Below are positions 25,065 to 34,956 of a stretch of 64,000 bases of DNA, piece after piece. The position numbers and the translations under genes were made by a program. This stretch comes from a virus (taxonomy: Duplodnaviria; Heunggongvirae; Uroviricota; Caudoviricetes). The DNA lies in the IMG/VR virus record IMGVR_UViG_3300025896_000021. One strand, written 5' to 3'. Numbering within the stretch: position 1 is the first letter of the stretch; the number at the start of each line of letters is the position of its first letter. A model generated the notes under the pieces. The model saw only the letters and a program-made list of their open reading frames with translations. It was not told the DNA's origin and made no database searches.

Positions 25065-27704
25065 ATGGCTACTTCAGGCTCAACTAGAATTATATCCAGC
25101 GGCGATGGGAAAGATTGGACATTAACCACTACTCTGAACCTAGATACAGGTGAACTCACGTATGACGTAAACGGTAGTTCGGGAAGACTTATATACAGTG
25201 GATCATATGAATCAGTAATGTCAGGAGTTGATGCTACTATCGCCGCCCCTGAAACGCTCGCTAGTGTTCGAGATTTCTTTGGTATTTTAAAAACTGAGCT
25301 AGAGAGTTCAAACTCAACTTGGGCATCACAAGCAGCCGACACTAAAGAAGCCTTAAAAAACAAAGTACCTGAGCCACCAAAAGAGTCTTCGACTTCTGCC
25401 CCCGACCCAACAAAAGCACCTGCAACAGCAGACGGGGATAAAACTGGTGACAGCACTACCACAACTTCATCCGCGCCAGCAACTGCTGCTACTTCGTCTA
25501 CTACAACACCTAATTCAGGAACTACTACTGCCGGCAGCGCCGGCAGTAGTCCAGCATCTGACCCTTCATCAATCATAGGTAAACGAACTTACAATCCTTT
25601 AGGTGACTTCAGCAGTTATACATACAAGATCGGTTTGTATATGATGAATCCAGAAGAGTTTAACTCGTATATGGGCGGAGATTATACAAAGATAAGCAGT
25701 TTCAAATTAATAGCACAAAGTGGAGGCATCACTGACGCACTAGACAGTAAACGTGCACCGGGCTTTGACTTGGACTTATATATTGATGACTTAGAAATTG
25801 GAACTAAAATCAATAGTAAAGAAACGATGACCGCAACAAACTCTATTGAGTTTAAATTTAAAATCTATGAGCCGTATGGTTTTAGTTTCCCTAATCAATT
25901 AGTAAAAGCACAAGTTGCTGCACAAAAAGGTAGAGCAGCAGCACCGGGGGCAAATGCTACCCCTGTCAATCAAATAACAGCACTAACTGAAAATTTTCTA
26001 CTGACAATTAAATTTTACGGATATGACAAGGATGGCAAACTAGTTACTTCTGCTGATTATCCGCGTGCAGATATAACCTCATCTGATACGCAGGCTGTGT
26101 TTGAAAGAGGATTTCCTATCAGGATTAAAGATTTTAAGTTCAAGCTAGAAAACAAAGTTACGGTGTATAATATTACAGCCGTGCAAGTAGCAGAGCAAGT
26201 TTCAAAAGGCACTAAGTTAGGTACATTACCGTCTAACGTAACTATTGCAGGAGAAACAGTGCAGGACGTTCTAGTTGGCGCAGGACAAGATTCAACGAAG
26301 AAGGCTATCTTGGGTTTGGTTCAAGCATTGAATGCAGCCGAAGTAGAACATGTTAAAAAAGAAAACTACACTTATCCAAACGTATATAAGATCGAGTTTG
26401 AAAAGGGTACGGCTATCGGCGATGCTAGAATGGTACCAAAAGAATACTATGTAAAGGAAAGAGCTCCTTTTAGTTCAATACAAAACCCCGAAGGTAGTAA
26501 CGAACGAACTGCTTGGAAAAACAAATTAGGAAGTGTTGACAAAGCAGTACGCACTGTTGAATTGCAAGCAGGTACTTCTATCATACAAGCAATAGACCAG
26601 ATCATAACTCAAAGTGAGTACTTGAAAAATATGATGACTGCTATCGATAAAGAAATAGATCAGCCTATAAAGAACACTGACTCTACTGTGGATAAGAATC
26701 CTAGTCCAAAGATATTATCTTGGTACAGTATAATTCCTAAGGTTAAAATTAACTCTACTACTAAAGATCCAAAGCGCAATGATTACGCATATGAAATAAC
26801 CTATAAGGTACAAGAATATCAAATCCCCTACATACGAGCAATGTACGCTAGTTCTACTAGCCCGTACTATGGTCCGCACAAGAAATACAATTATTGGTAT
26901 ACTGGAAAAAATACTGAGGTTCTGAGTTATGAGCAAGACTTCAATTTGTTGTATACTACAGAAGGAGCGTCATCTAGTGAGGCTAAACCATCAACTACCC
27001 AATCAGCGCCCACGACACTTAAGTCTGGTCAAAACGTTGATTCAGTCAATAGTAAATCTGGAACAAATGATGTTATCAACAGTGTTAAGTCATTCTTGTA
27101 CAGCCCAAACGACCTGCTTAAATTTAAACTAAGAGTATTAGGAGATCCAGACTATCTTATGCCATCTATCGGTAGCGGCGGCGGAGATGGGGCAGAAAAA
27201 TGGTATGGTAAAGGTTTCTCTATTAATCCTAATAGCGGTCAAATTTTCATTGAGATATATTTTGAACAAGCAGAAGATTACAACACTTCTTCTGGATTGC
27301 TAGCACCCAATGGTGACATTCAATTCATGAACTATCCGCCTGAACTTAAATCAAAAATAAAAGGTATGGTCTATATGTTATCTGATGTGACTAGTACCTT
27401 TAGTAAAGGCAAGTTCGAGCAAACGCTGAAAGGTATCATACCTGAATTTGCACAAGCAGGAGCAAAGGCCCCAACTACACCGCCAGCAGCAGCTAACGCT
27501 AGAACCGATGCAGCTACCCCAGCCGCTACAGCACCAGATCAATCTTCCGCTGAAGACGCTAGGTTATCTAGAGCTACAGTTCCTAGCTCAGAGACAACAA
27601 CGACAGCAGCGACCACTGCCGAAGCAACAGCACCGACAACTACATCCGGCACTAGTGCATCATCTGGTAACCAAGCAGTAGCCGACGATGACGCTGGTAC
27701 ATAA
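25065..27704 (+). CDS. Baseplate hub protein (gp27-like position)
   Basis: NPLGDFSSYTY, IYEPYGFSF, LRVLGDPDYL, VTSTFSKGKFEQTL; directly before the gp5-like gene. Confidence 0.6.
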   Translation: MATSGSTRIISSGDGKDWTLTTTLNLDTGELTYDVNGSSGRLIYSGSYESVMSGVDATIAAPETLASVRDFFGILKTELESSNSTWASQAADTKEALKNKVPEPPKESSTSAPDPTKAPATADGDKTGDSTTTTSSAPATAATSSTTTPNSGTTTAGSAGSSPASDPSSIIGKRTYNPLGDFSSYTYKIGLYMMNPEEFNSYMGGDYTKISSFKLIAQSGGITDALDSKRAPGFDLDLYIDDLEIGTKINSKETMTATNSIEFKFKIYEPYGFSFPNQLVKAQVAAQKGRAAAPGANATPVNQITALTENFLLTIKFYGYDKDGKLVTSADYPRADITSSDTQAVFERGFPIRIKDFKFKLENKVTVYNITAVQVAEQVSKGTKLGTLPSNVTIAGETVQDVLVGAGQDSTKKAILGLVQALNAAEVEHVKKENYTYPNVYKIEFEKGTAIGDARMVPKEYYVKERAPFSSIQNPEGSNERTAWKNKLGSVDKAVRTVELQAGTSIIQAIDQIITQSEYLKNMMTAIDKEIDQPIKNTDSTVDKNPSPKILSWYSIIPKVKINSTTKDPKRNDYAYEITYKVQEYQIPYIRAMYASSTSPYYGPHKKYNYWYTGKNTEVLSYEQDFNLLYTTEGASSSEAKPSTTQSAPTTLKSGQNVDSVNSKSGTNDVINSVKSFLYSPNDLLKFKLRVLGDPDYLMPSIGSGGGDGAEKWYGKGFSINPNSGQIFIEIYFEQAEDYNTSSGLLAPNGDIQFMNYPPELKSKIKGMVYMLSDVTSTFSKGKFEQTLKGIIPEFAQAGAKAPTTPPAAANARTDAATPAATAPDQSSAEDARLSRATVPSSETTTTAATTAEATAPTTTSGTSASSGNQAVADDDAGT

Positions 27705-27728
27705 TACTAAATTTAATAAGAGAATACA

Positions 27729-30700
27729 ATGAGTGAAGACATCCAAAAAGTACGTGGTACGATAAGCAACTACAAAGATGACCGCGGTGGAGCGAACACT
27801 ATTCCCAGCGCAGTGTTGGGTATTGTTAAAGATAACATTGATCCAAATCGTTCAGGTAGGATTAGAGTTTATCTAAAGAGATTAGATGCCGGTAATGAAA
27901 ACGATCCCAATGGATGGAAGTATGTAAGTTATTTGAGTCCATTCTTTGGATCGACCCCTAACACTGCTAGTTCTAAAGCTGAAGGTGATTATATTGGTAA
28001 TCCGCAGAGTTATGGTTTCTGGGCGACCCCACCTGATATCGGTACTGAAGTAGTTTGCCTTTTCTTGAACGGGGTAGCAGACGCCGGGTACTATATTGGA
28101 TGTATCCCTGGCCAAGGCATGACACACATGGTACCTGCTATTGGGTCGAGCGATAGCATCATTGCAAACAACTCCGGTGAAGCAGATAGTTATGGCGGCG
28201 CAACTAGATTACCTGTAGGCGAGATTAATAATGCCAACCAGAAGCAAGATAATAATTCTATCCTGACTTCACAACCAAGACCCATTCATAGTTATCAAGC
28301 TGCGATACTAAACAAGCAAGGTCTTATTCGTGATCCTGATAGAGGCACGATTGGTAGTACTAGTGTACGTGAAAGCCCTAGTCGTGTGTTTGGTATCAGC
28401 ACCCCGGGCAGACCTATCTATGAAGGTGGATATGATGACACTACTATTGCCGATGCGGTCAAAGATGATAAAATCCCTGATAAGAACTTTAAAGTAGTTA
28501 GTCGTAGAGGTGGTCATAGTGTTGTGTTAGATGACGGTGATCTACAAGGAAAAGATCAATTAGTCAGACTTAGGACTGCCGGCGGACATATGATAATGAT
28601 GAATGACAGTATTCAATCACTGTTCATCGTTCACGCTAATGGACAAAGTTATATTGAGTTAGGACGTGAGGGTACTATTGATATGTACGCTACAAACAGT
28701 GTCAACATTCGCACTCAGGGCGACTTGAACTTACACGCAGACAATGACGTGAATATTCACGCCGCTAAGAATTTCAACGTTAATGCTGAAAATATAAAAA
28801 TGGAAAGTAGTAAAGAAACTACTAGCTTTGTTGGGACTAATTATAAGCAGCAAGTTAAAGCTGACCTTACTGTCAAAGTAGATAGCAAGATGAGTTTTAC
28901 TAGCAACGGTGATAGTAGTTTTAAAAGTGCAGCAATCAACTATATCAATGGTAGCAAAGTTAATTTGAATACAGGTTCAAGTGGGTTAGTACCATCAGAT
29001 GTTAAACAACAACCGTTAGTAGCACATACTGACACGTTGTACGATAGTAAGAAAGGCTACGCGGCAGCGCCAGGTAAGTTGCCTAGTATTGTTAGTCGAG
29101 CACCCGCACATAGTCCATGGGCTGCTGCCGGGCAAGGTGTAAATGTTAAGACTGACATAAGTGCAGATTCAAATCTGCCAGCAGCACCATCGTCTTCCTT
29201 GTCTGCGGTTAATAATAGCACCCCTGCTGTGCCACCAGCTGGAGTATCACCGGCAATATCAGCAACAGTACCTAACGTTGCAGCAGTATCAAAACAGATT
29301 GACAAAGCTACGACTAGCGCAATGGTTTCTCAAATGGCAGTCAACGCTGCGACAGGAGCAGCAAAAGATGCAGTGGCATCAGCGGCCGGCGTAGTAAACA
29401 TTGCTGGAGAAAAGATAGCTAGCGTTGGTATGTTTGGATTGAATCCTACTCAGCTAGTGGCAGCAGGAACATTAAAGCCAGGGTCAGATACCATCATTAA
29501 TGCGGGCATTGCAGCAGGAAAATCATTAGAAGCAGCAATGCCAACTAACTTGTTTACTGGATTGAACGGAGTCAAGAGTGCTACACAATTCATTAGCAAT
29601 CCATCAGCGCAAGCAGCAAGTGCAGTTTCATTGTTGCAAAAAGGTGAAGCCGCACTAAAGTCTACTGGTATTATTACTGGGCTAGAAAGTCCTACTCAAA
29701 CTGCCGGCCTTGTATTGAGTTCGGCTACTGCTGGTATAGATAAAACTATGGATTTTGTGAAATCAGCCGGAGTACCAGGTGGTGCCGCAGCTAGTGCCGC
29801 ACTAGGTGGAGCAACTGCGGCGCTAGGTGGATTAAAATTACCAGGTAACTTGTCTGCAATGTCAGGCTCAGTTAAAGACATAATCTCAGGTGGCAATTTT
29901 GCAGCTAATATGGCTGACAAAGTTACTGGTCCACTTAGTGGATTGCCAGTAGCAGACCAACTTAAGGGAGCAGCATCAGCGGCGTTTAGTAAAGTAACTG
30001 AATCATTCAAATCACTAGCTAAAGTGGGATCGCCTATTAATTTGACCGCGGTCAAAGCAAAGAATGATGAGGCGCAAGCAGCAGCAGAGACTAAAGGAGA
30101 TGCTCCTTCCCCCTCACAAATTGCAGCCAACGCTTCATTGAATGCTAAACTAACTTCTGCGTTGGGATTTGGAGCCGGAGGAACATCGGCGTCTATTCTA
30201 GGTGGAATGGGAGACAAGATCAAATCCGCTACATCAGGCATCACTGACCCTAGTAAGTTAGTATCATCTACTATGACTGCGTTAGGAGCAGCTACAAAGA
30301 GTTTTGGAGTAGATACTAGCGGATTAAGTAATCTTCCAGGTGGCGCATCAGCTATATCAAATGTAGTAAACTTGGGCCCTGTAGCTAAAGCTATTGGCGG
30401 GGATTTATCCTCTGCATTGTCAGCCGGTAGTTCTTTAGCAGCGGGTGCAAATAAATTAGTATCAGGGGCAATTGATGTTCCTGGGTTACCTAGCATCCCC
30501 GGATTACCCAATGTACCGGGTAGTGGCGAACTAGCGGGGGCGATTGGTAAAGTAACTGGATCATTGGGAGGCTCGATGGGCGGCGTTACTGATGCATTGG
30601 CTGGATTGAAATCTAAATTGGGTGGAGCTTCAGGCCTACAAGCCTTAGCAGGCACCGGCCTCGGCGCAAAAAGCATGGCGTTACTCAGTAGTTCTATTAA

Positions 30701-31073
30701 TTCAATTGGTACAGGTGGTCCAGTAGAAGTTAAACTACCGACAGTCGCAAAAGACAGTTTTGACTTTGGTCCAATGATGGCACAAGCTAAATCACTGTTA
30801 GGCAATCCAAAGATTCCTGCACTGCCGTTCGGTACTATACCAGCTGGATCATTTAAAACGCCTACTTCAGCACAAGTCGTAGAGTATGATAAGTTAAAGG
30901 CAGAGTTGGCGGTACAAGAAGACTTGCAATGGGACCTAAGAAAGACATACTTAGACTTGAAGGGTAAAAAAGGTCCAGATGATTCGTCAACTACTACTGC
31001 ATATGCTTCTTGGCAAGATAATGTCAAAAAGATAGAAACAATACGTCAAGACATGTCCAAAGTTGTGACATAA
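27729..31073 (+). CDS. Baseplate central spike (gp5/VgrG-like) with long Ala/Gly/Ser-rich C-terminal extension
   Basis: OB-fold GIVKDNIDPNRSGRIRVY and PPDIGTEVVCLF; beta-helix repeats (RTAGGHMIMMND...); followed by gp25. Confidence 0.85.
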   Translation: MSEDIQKVRGTISNYKDDRGGANTIPSAVLGIVKDNIDPNRSGRIRVYLKRLDAGNENDPNGWKYVSYLSPFFGSTPNTASSKAEGDYIGNPQSYGFWATPPDIGTEVVCLFLNGVADAGYYIGCIPGQGMTHMVPAIGSSDSIIANNSGEADSYGGATRLPVGEINNANQKQDNNSILTSQPRPIHSYQAAILNKQGLIRDPDRGTIGSTSVRESPSRVFGISTPGRPIYEGGYDDTTIADAVKDDKIPDKNFKVVSRRGGHSVVLDDGDLQGKDQLVRLRTAGGHMIMMNDSIQSLFIVHANGQSYIELGREGTIDMYATNSVNIRTQGDLNLHADNDVNIHAAKNFNVNAENIKMESSKETTSFVGTNYKQQVKADLTVKVDSKMSFTSNGDSSFKSAAINYINGSKVNLNTGSSGLVPSDVKQQPLVAHTDTLYDSKKGYAAAPGKLPSIVSRAPAHSPWAAAGQGVNVKTDISADSNLPAAPSSSLSAVNNSTPAVPPAGVSPAISATVPNVAAVSKQIDKATTSAMVSQMAVNAATGAAKDAVASAAGVVNIAGEKIASVGMFGLNPTQLVAAGTLKPGSDTIINAGIAAGKSLEAAMPTNLFTGLNGVKSATQFISNPSAQAASAVSLLQKGEAALKSTGIITGLESPTQTAGLVLSSATAGIDKTMDFVKSAGVPGGAAASAALGGATAALGGLKLPGNLSAMSGSVKDIISGGNFAANMADKVTGPLSGLPVADQLKGAASAAFSKVTESFKSLAKVGSPINLTAVKAKNDEAQAAAETKGDAPSPSQIAANASLNAKLTSALGFGAGGTSASILGGMGDKIKSATSGITDPSKLVSSTMTALGAATKSFGVDTSGLSNLPGGASAISNVVNLGPVAKAIGGDLSSALSAGSSLAAGANKLVSGAIDVPGLPSIPGLPNVPGSGELAGAIGKVTGSLGGSMGGVTDALAGLKSKLGGASGLQALAGTGLGAKSMALLSSSINSIGTGGPVEVKLPTVAKDSFDFGPMMAQAKSLLGNPKIPALPFGTIPAGSFKTPTSAQVVEYDKLKAELAVQEDLQWDLRKTYLDLKGKKGPDDSSTTTAYASWQDNVKKIETIRQDMSKVVT

Positions 31074-31076
31074 ATA
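31069..31076 (+). promoter_or_regulatory. Late promoter (CATAAATA)
   Basis: Overlaps the gp5-like stop codon, upstream of the gp25 SD (AGGA). Confidence 0.6.
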
Positions 31077-31093
31077 CAGTATAGGAACTTATA

Positions 31094-31540
31094 ATGGCAT
31101 CATATATTGGATTTAGTACTAAAAATGTAAACAAAGTTAGAGACTTTGTTGGTACCGGCACTGAAGGCGGGTCTACTCTGCTAGCTAAACCATTCCAACC
31201 GGGTAAGAAATTTAAACTCACTGATGAAGAACTGGTAATCACAGACCTCATCAATGCGTTAAATATACCTCAAGGTCAAAAACCAGGCAAACCTAGCTAT
31301 GGAACTTCACTTTGGTCATTTATTTTTGAACCAAACACTGTAGATGTGCGACAAGCATTATCTAATGAAATCAAACGAGTAGTGCAATTAGATCCTAGAC
31401 TTATTCTGAACACGTTAGAAGTTTTCAACCAAGAAAATGGCATCTTAATTCAACTTGAACTAGCAATTGCGCCGTTCAATGAGGCTTTGACCTTCAGTAT
31501 TTTCTTCGACCCTACGACAAATTCTGCGTTCGGTAGTTAA
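31094..31540 (+). CDS. gp25: Baseplate wedge subunit (gp25/GPW family)
   Basis: DLINALNIPQGQKPGKPSYGTSLWSFIFEP...DPRL. Confidence 0.9.
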   Translation: MASYIGFSTKNVNKVRDFVGTGTEGGSTLLAKPFQPGKKFKLTDEELVITDLINALNIPQGQKPGKPSYGTSLWSFIFEPNTVDVRQALSNEIKRVVQLDPRLILNTLEVFNQENGILIQLELAIAPFNEALTFSIFFDPTTNSAFGS

Positions 31541-31559
31541 AACCGTCACTTTTTCGTAT

Positions 31560-31567
31560 GATAAATA
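31560..31567 (+). promoter_or_regulatory. Late promoter (GATAAATA)
   Basis: Upstream of the gp6-like gene. Confidence 0.7.
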
Positions 31568-31586
31568 CTTAAAAGAGAATTAACTT

Positions 31587-34500
31587 ATGGCTACAAGTTC
31601 AAGACAATCAAGTATATTTGGTGTAAACGATTGGAAAACAATCTATAAAACATACAAACAAGCTGACTTTCAGAGTTACGACTACGAAACCCTTCGTAAA
31701 ACGTTCGTAGACTACCTACGCAAAAACTACCCTGAAACATTCAACGACTACGTAGAGTCTAGTGAATATGTTGCATTATTAGACGTGATGGCATTCATGG
31801 GACAAGCACTTAGCTTCCGTGATGACCTGAACACCCGTGAAAATTTCATTGATACTGCCGAGCGCAGAGATAGCGTTATCAAATTAGCTAACCTAGTTGG
31901 GTACAACCCAAAGCGCAACAATGCAGGTCAGGGCTATATGAAGTTGACCTCAATTCAAACAACTGAGCAAGTCAAAGATATTAATGGATTGAGTTTAAAC
32001 AACTTAACTATCTTGTGGAATGATCCAGCTAATCCAAATTGGCAAGAACAGTTCAATAGCATCATCAATGCAGCATTGATTGACACTCAAAGAGTAGGAC
32101 GTCCGGGAAACACTAAAACTATTTTGGATGTAAAGACCGACGAGTATAGCATAAGTATTCCAACTGGTGTTACTGCAACTGCTCCCTTTAATGCGACAGT
32201 CGACGGTGTTACTATGGATTTCGAGTGCGTTAGTGTGACTAGCGTAAATTCTGACAGTTTGTATGAATTGCCACCGGGACCTAACGGTAAATTCAACATA
32301 GTATATCGCAATGACAGATTAGGCTACGGTAGCCCTAATACAGGATTCTTCATGTACTTCAAACAAGGCTCATTGAGAACATATAATTTTAACTTGCTTG
32401 AACAAATTAGCAGTCAAGTAGTCGATATCAATATTCAAGGTATTAATAATACAGACACTTGGTTATACAGTACAGACACAACTGCGTCTACGCTAACCCG
32501 GTGGACTCAAGTAGACAGCATCTATGCCAACAATAGCTCGCAAGTAGCTAGCACTAACAAAAAAGTCTTCAGCGTAGCTTCTCGCTTCAATGATCAAGTA
32601 AGTTATGTGTTTGGTGACGGTGTATTTGGTGAGATTCCGATTGGTAACTTTACGTCATATGTTCGTGCAGGCAATGCACTAACCTATACAATCAATTCAG
32701 GTGAATTGCAAGGTACTACTGTTAGTATTAACTACATCAGCCGTGTTGGCCGTGTCGAAACACTTACTCTGACTATGGAACTAACTTTGCCTGTAGCAAA
32801 TGCCCAAGCACGTGAGACATTGCAAAGTATCAAACAACGTGCCCCTCAACGTTTTTATAGCCAGAACAGAATGGTTAACGGAGAGGACTATAATAACTTC
32901 CCGTATACATTGTACGGATCAATCATTAAGAGTAAAGCACTTAATCGTAGCAGCGTTGGTGTAAGTCGCAATTTTGACTTACTAGACCCAAGCGCAAAGT
33001 ATTCTAGCACAAACAACTTCAGTGATGATGGTGGACTTTATTTAGATACCAGTGACGGTTATACCACATTCTCTGCAAACACTACGAATGATGTTGTAGC
33101 TTTTCTAACTGAAACATTGAATAGCGAACTAAACAATCATCGTTCATTCCAACACTACACTCAGCACTATAAACGTTATCCAGTAAATCAATCTACTGGT
33201 GATGGTGTTGTTAAGTGGCACCAGTCTTCATTCAATTCACTTGAGTCAACTGGATACTTTTTACACAATGTAGACCCGGTGCCAATCGGAGTATACAGTA
33301 CTGGCAATGTCAAATATCTTACCGAAGGCGCACTGATTCGCTTTACTGCACCTAGTGGATATTATTTTGATCAAGACAATAGATTGATTGAAGGATTACC
33401 CACCCCAGCAGATAGCACGTTCATTTGGACGAGTGTTGCTAGTGTTACCGGTGACGGTAGCAATAATGGTCAAGGTAATCTAGGTAATGGTTTCGGACCG
33501 GTAGTGTTGAATAATCCTATTCCAAACGGAGTTGTGTTAGCTGAAATTCTACCTTCGTTCACTAATTTGTTACCATCAGATGTTATTCAAGATTGTATCA
33601 CGCAGATCACGTTGAATCAAAGTTTTAGTTTGGTTTACAACAATGCATTATTAGCAAACCAAACTCGCTGGGCAGTTGACGCATTCACTGCATCTAATTA
33701 TTTTGTAAAATTTGATAGTCTTGGTAGTAACCGTTACATGGTTACTTACAAGTCTCTTGCATATTATTTTGGTAGCGTGGCCAATATTCGATTTACGTTC
33801 GACAAGAACAGTGTAATCTATGATCCATCAACTGGCAAACTATTGCAAGATTTTGTTAGTATATTAAAATTGAATAGTCAGCCGGACAGTAACTGGCCCT
33901 TCGCTAAAGACAATAAACTAAGTGTCGTTGGGCAGTTAGTTGAAAGTGATGGTTATGTTGATGACTATAGTGTAGAAGTGGCTAGTACTGATCCAAACAT
34001 TGCTGGTGTAGTAAAAGATCCTGATTTCTTCTACGACCTAACTGGTTATGCAACTGGCGCCAAGAACACTACACATTTTGTTTTCTTTGAACAAATTACT
34101 GATGTTAACTTATTGACTAGATATCAAATGGCATCCAACAAGAATATCAATCACGCATACGCTACTAAGGCAGAAATCTCATTAGTGCGTTATGAATATG
34201 CTTCTGGACAAATCTATTATGCAACTACAGAAGATGCATTTTATCAAGCAGCGAATGATGCTACCACGAAAAATGTTATTAACTTGGTTCAAATCAGTAA
34301 CTATGTTGCTAAGATTGGTCGTCAGGGGTTTGCGTTTCAATATAGACACAACTCAAGCAATACTACTCGTATTGATCCAGCAACAACTAACATTATTGAT
34401 TTGTATGTAGTAACACAATCTTACTACACTCAATATCAAAATTGGATTAAAGATACGTCTAGCAAATTGACGGAACCTACAAGCCCAACTATCAATGAGT

Positions 34501-34943
34501 TAAATATAGCATACAGTGAAATTAATGATTATAAAATGTTAACTGACAGTGTGATTTTAAACAGCGCAAAATTCAAACCATTGTTTGGAAACAAAGCTGC
34601 ACCTCAGTTACGTGCTACCATCAAGGTTATCAAATCAAGTGCAACAACTGCGAGTGATAGTGAAATTCGCAGTGCGGTGTTGAGTGAGATGAATACATAT
34701 TTCAGTATTGATAACTGGAACTTTGGAGACACTTTCTACTTCACAGAACTTAGTGCATTCTTGCATTCTAAGATTGGTGATCTAGTAAATTCAGTCGTCT
34801 TAGTTCCAAATGATCCTTCGCTGTCGTTTGGTGACTTGTACGAAATTCGTAGTGCACCTTATGAGATTTTTGTCAATGCAGCACAAGCAAGCGATATCAT
34901 GGTTATCAGTGCATTGACACCGGCCGAACTACAAACAAATTAA
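31587..34943 (+). CDS. gp6: Baseplate wedge subunit (gp6-like)
   Basis: DYETLRK, ENFIDTAERRDSVIKLANLVGYNP, FGDGVFG, RAPQRFYSQNRMVNGEDY. Confidence 0.88.
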   Translation: MATSSRQSSIFGVNDWKTIYKTYKQADFQSYDYETLRKTFVDYLRKNYPETFNDYVESSEYVALLDVMAFMGQALSFRDDLNTRENFIDTAERRDSVIKLANLVGYNPKRNNAGQGYMKLTSIQTTEQVKDINGLSLNNLTILWNDPANPNWQEQFNSIINAALIDTQRVGRPGNTKTILDVKTDEYSISIPTGVTATAPFNATVDGVTMDFECVSVTSVNSDSLYELPPGPNGKFNIVYRNDRLGYGSPNTGFFMYFKQGSLRTYNFNLLEQISSQVVDINIQGINNTDTWLYSTDTTASTLTRWTQVDSIYANNSSQVASTNKKVFSVASRFNDQVSYVFGDGVFGEIPIGNFTSYVRAGNALTYTINSGELQGTTVSINYISRVGRVETLTLTMELTLPVANAQARETLQSIKQRAPQRFYSQNRMVNGEDYNNFPYTLYGSIIKSKALNRSSVGVSRNFDLLDPSAKYSSTNNFSDDGGLYLDTSDGYTTFSANTTNDVVAFLTETLNSELNNHRSFQHYTQHYKRYPVNQSTGDGVVKWHQSSFNSLESTGYFLHNVDPVPIGVYSTGNVKYLTEGALIRFTAPSGYYFDQDNRLIEGLPTPADSTFIWTSVASVTGDGSNNGQGNLGNGFGPVVLNNPIPNGVVLAEILPSFTNLLPSDVIQDCITQITLNQSFSLVYNNALLANQTRWAVDAFTASNYFVKFDSLGSNRYMVTYKSLAYYFGSVANIRFTFDKNSVIYDPSTGKLLQDFVSILKLNSQPDSNWPFAKDNKLSVVGQLVESDGYVDDYSVEVASTDPNIAGVVKDPDFFYDLTGYATGAKNTTHFVFFEQITDVNLLTRYQMASNKNINHAYATKAEISLVRYEYASGQIYYATTEDAFYQAANDATTKNVINLVQISNYVAKIGRQGFAFQYRHNSSNTTRIDPATTNIIDLYVVTQSYYTQYQNWIKDTSSKLTEPTSPTINELNIAYSEINDYKMLTDSVILNSAKFKPLFGNKAAPQLRATIKVIKSSATTASDSEIRSAVLSEMNTYFSIDNWNFGDTFYFTELSAFLHSKIGDLVNSVVLVPNDPSLSFGDLYEIRSAPYEIFVNAAQASDIMVISALTPAELQTN

Positions 34944-34956
34944 TAGGTAATACAGA

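Noticed and set aside
23243-25576. Antisense ORFs of 193 and 174 aa in baseplate genes
   Set aside because: Mirror of low-complexity T/A/S tracts.
29696-31027. 443-aa antisense ORF inside the gp5-like gene
   Set aside because: Shadow of Ala/Gly/Ser-rich codons; no SD or promoter, no recognisable motifs.
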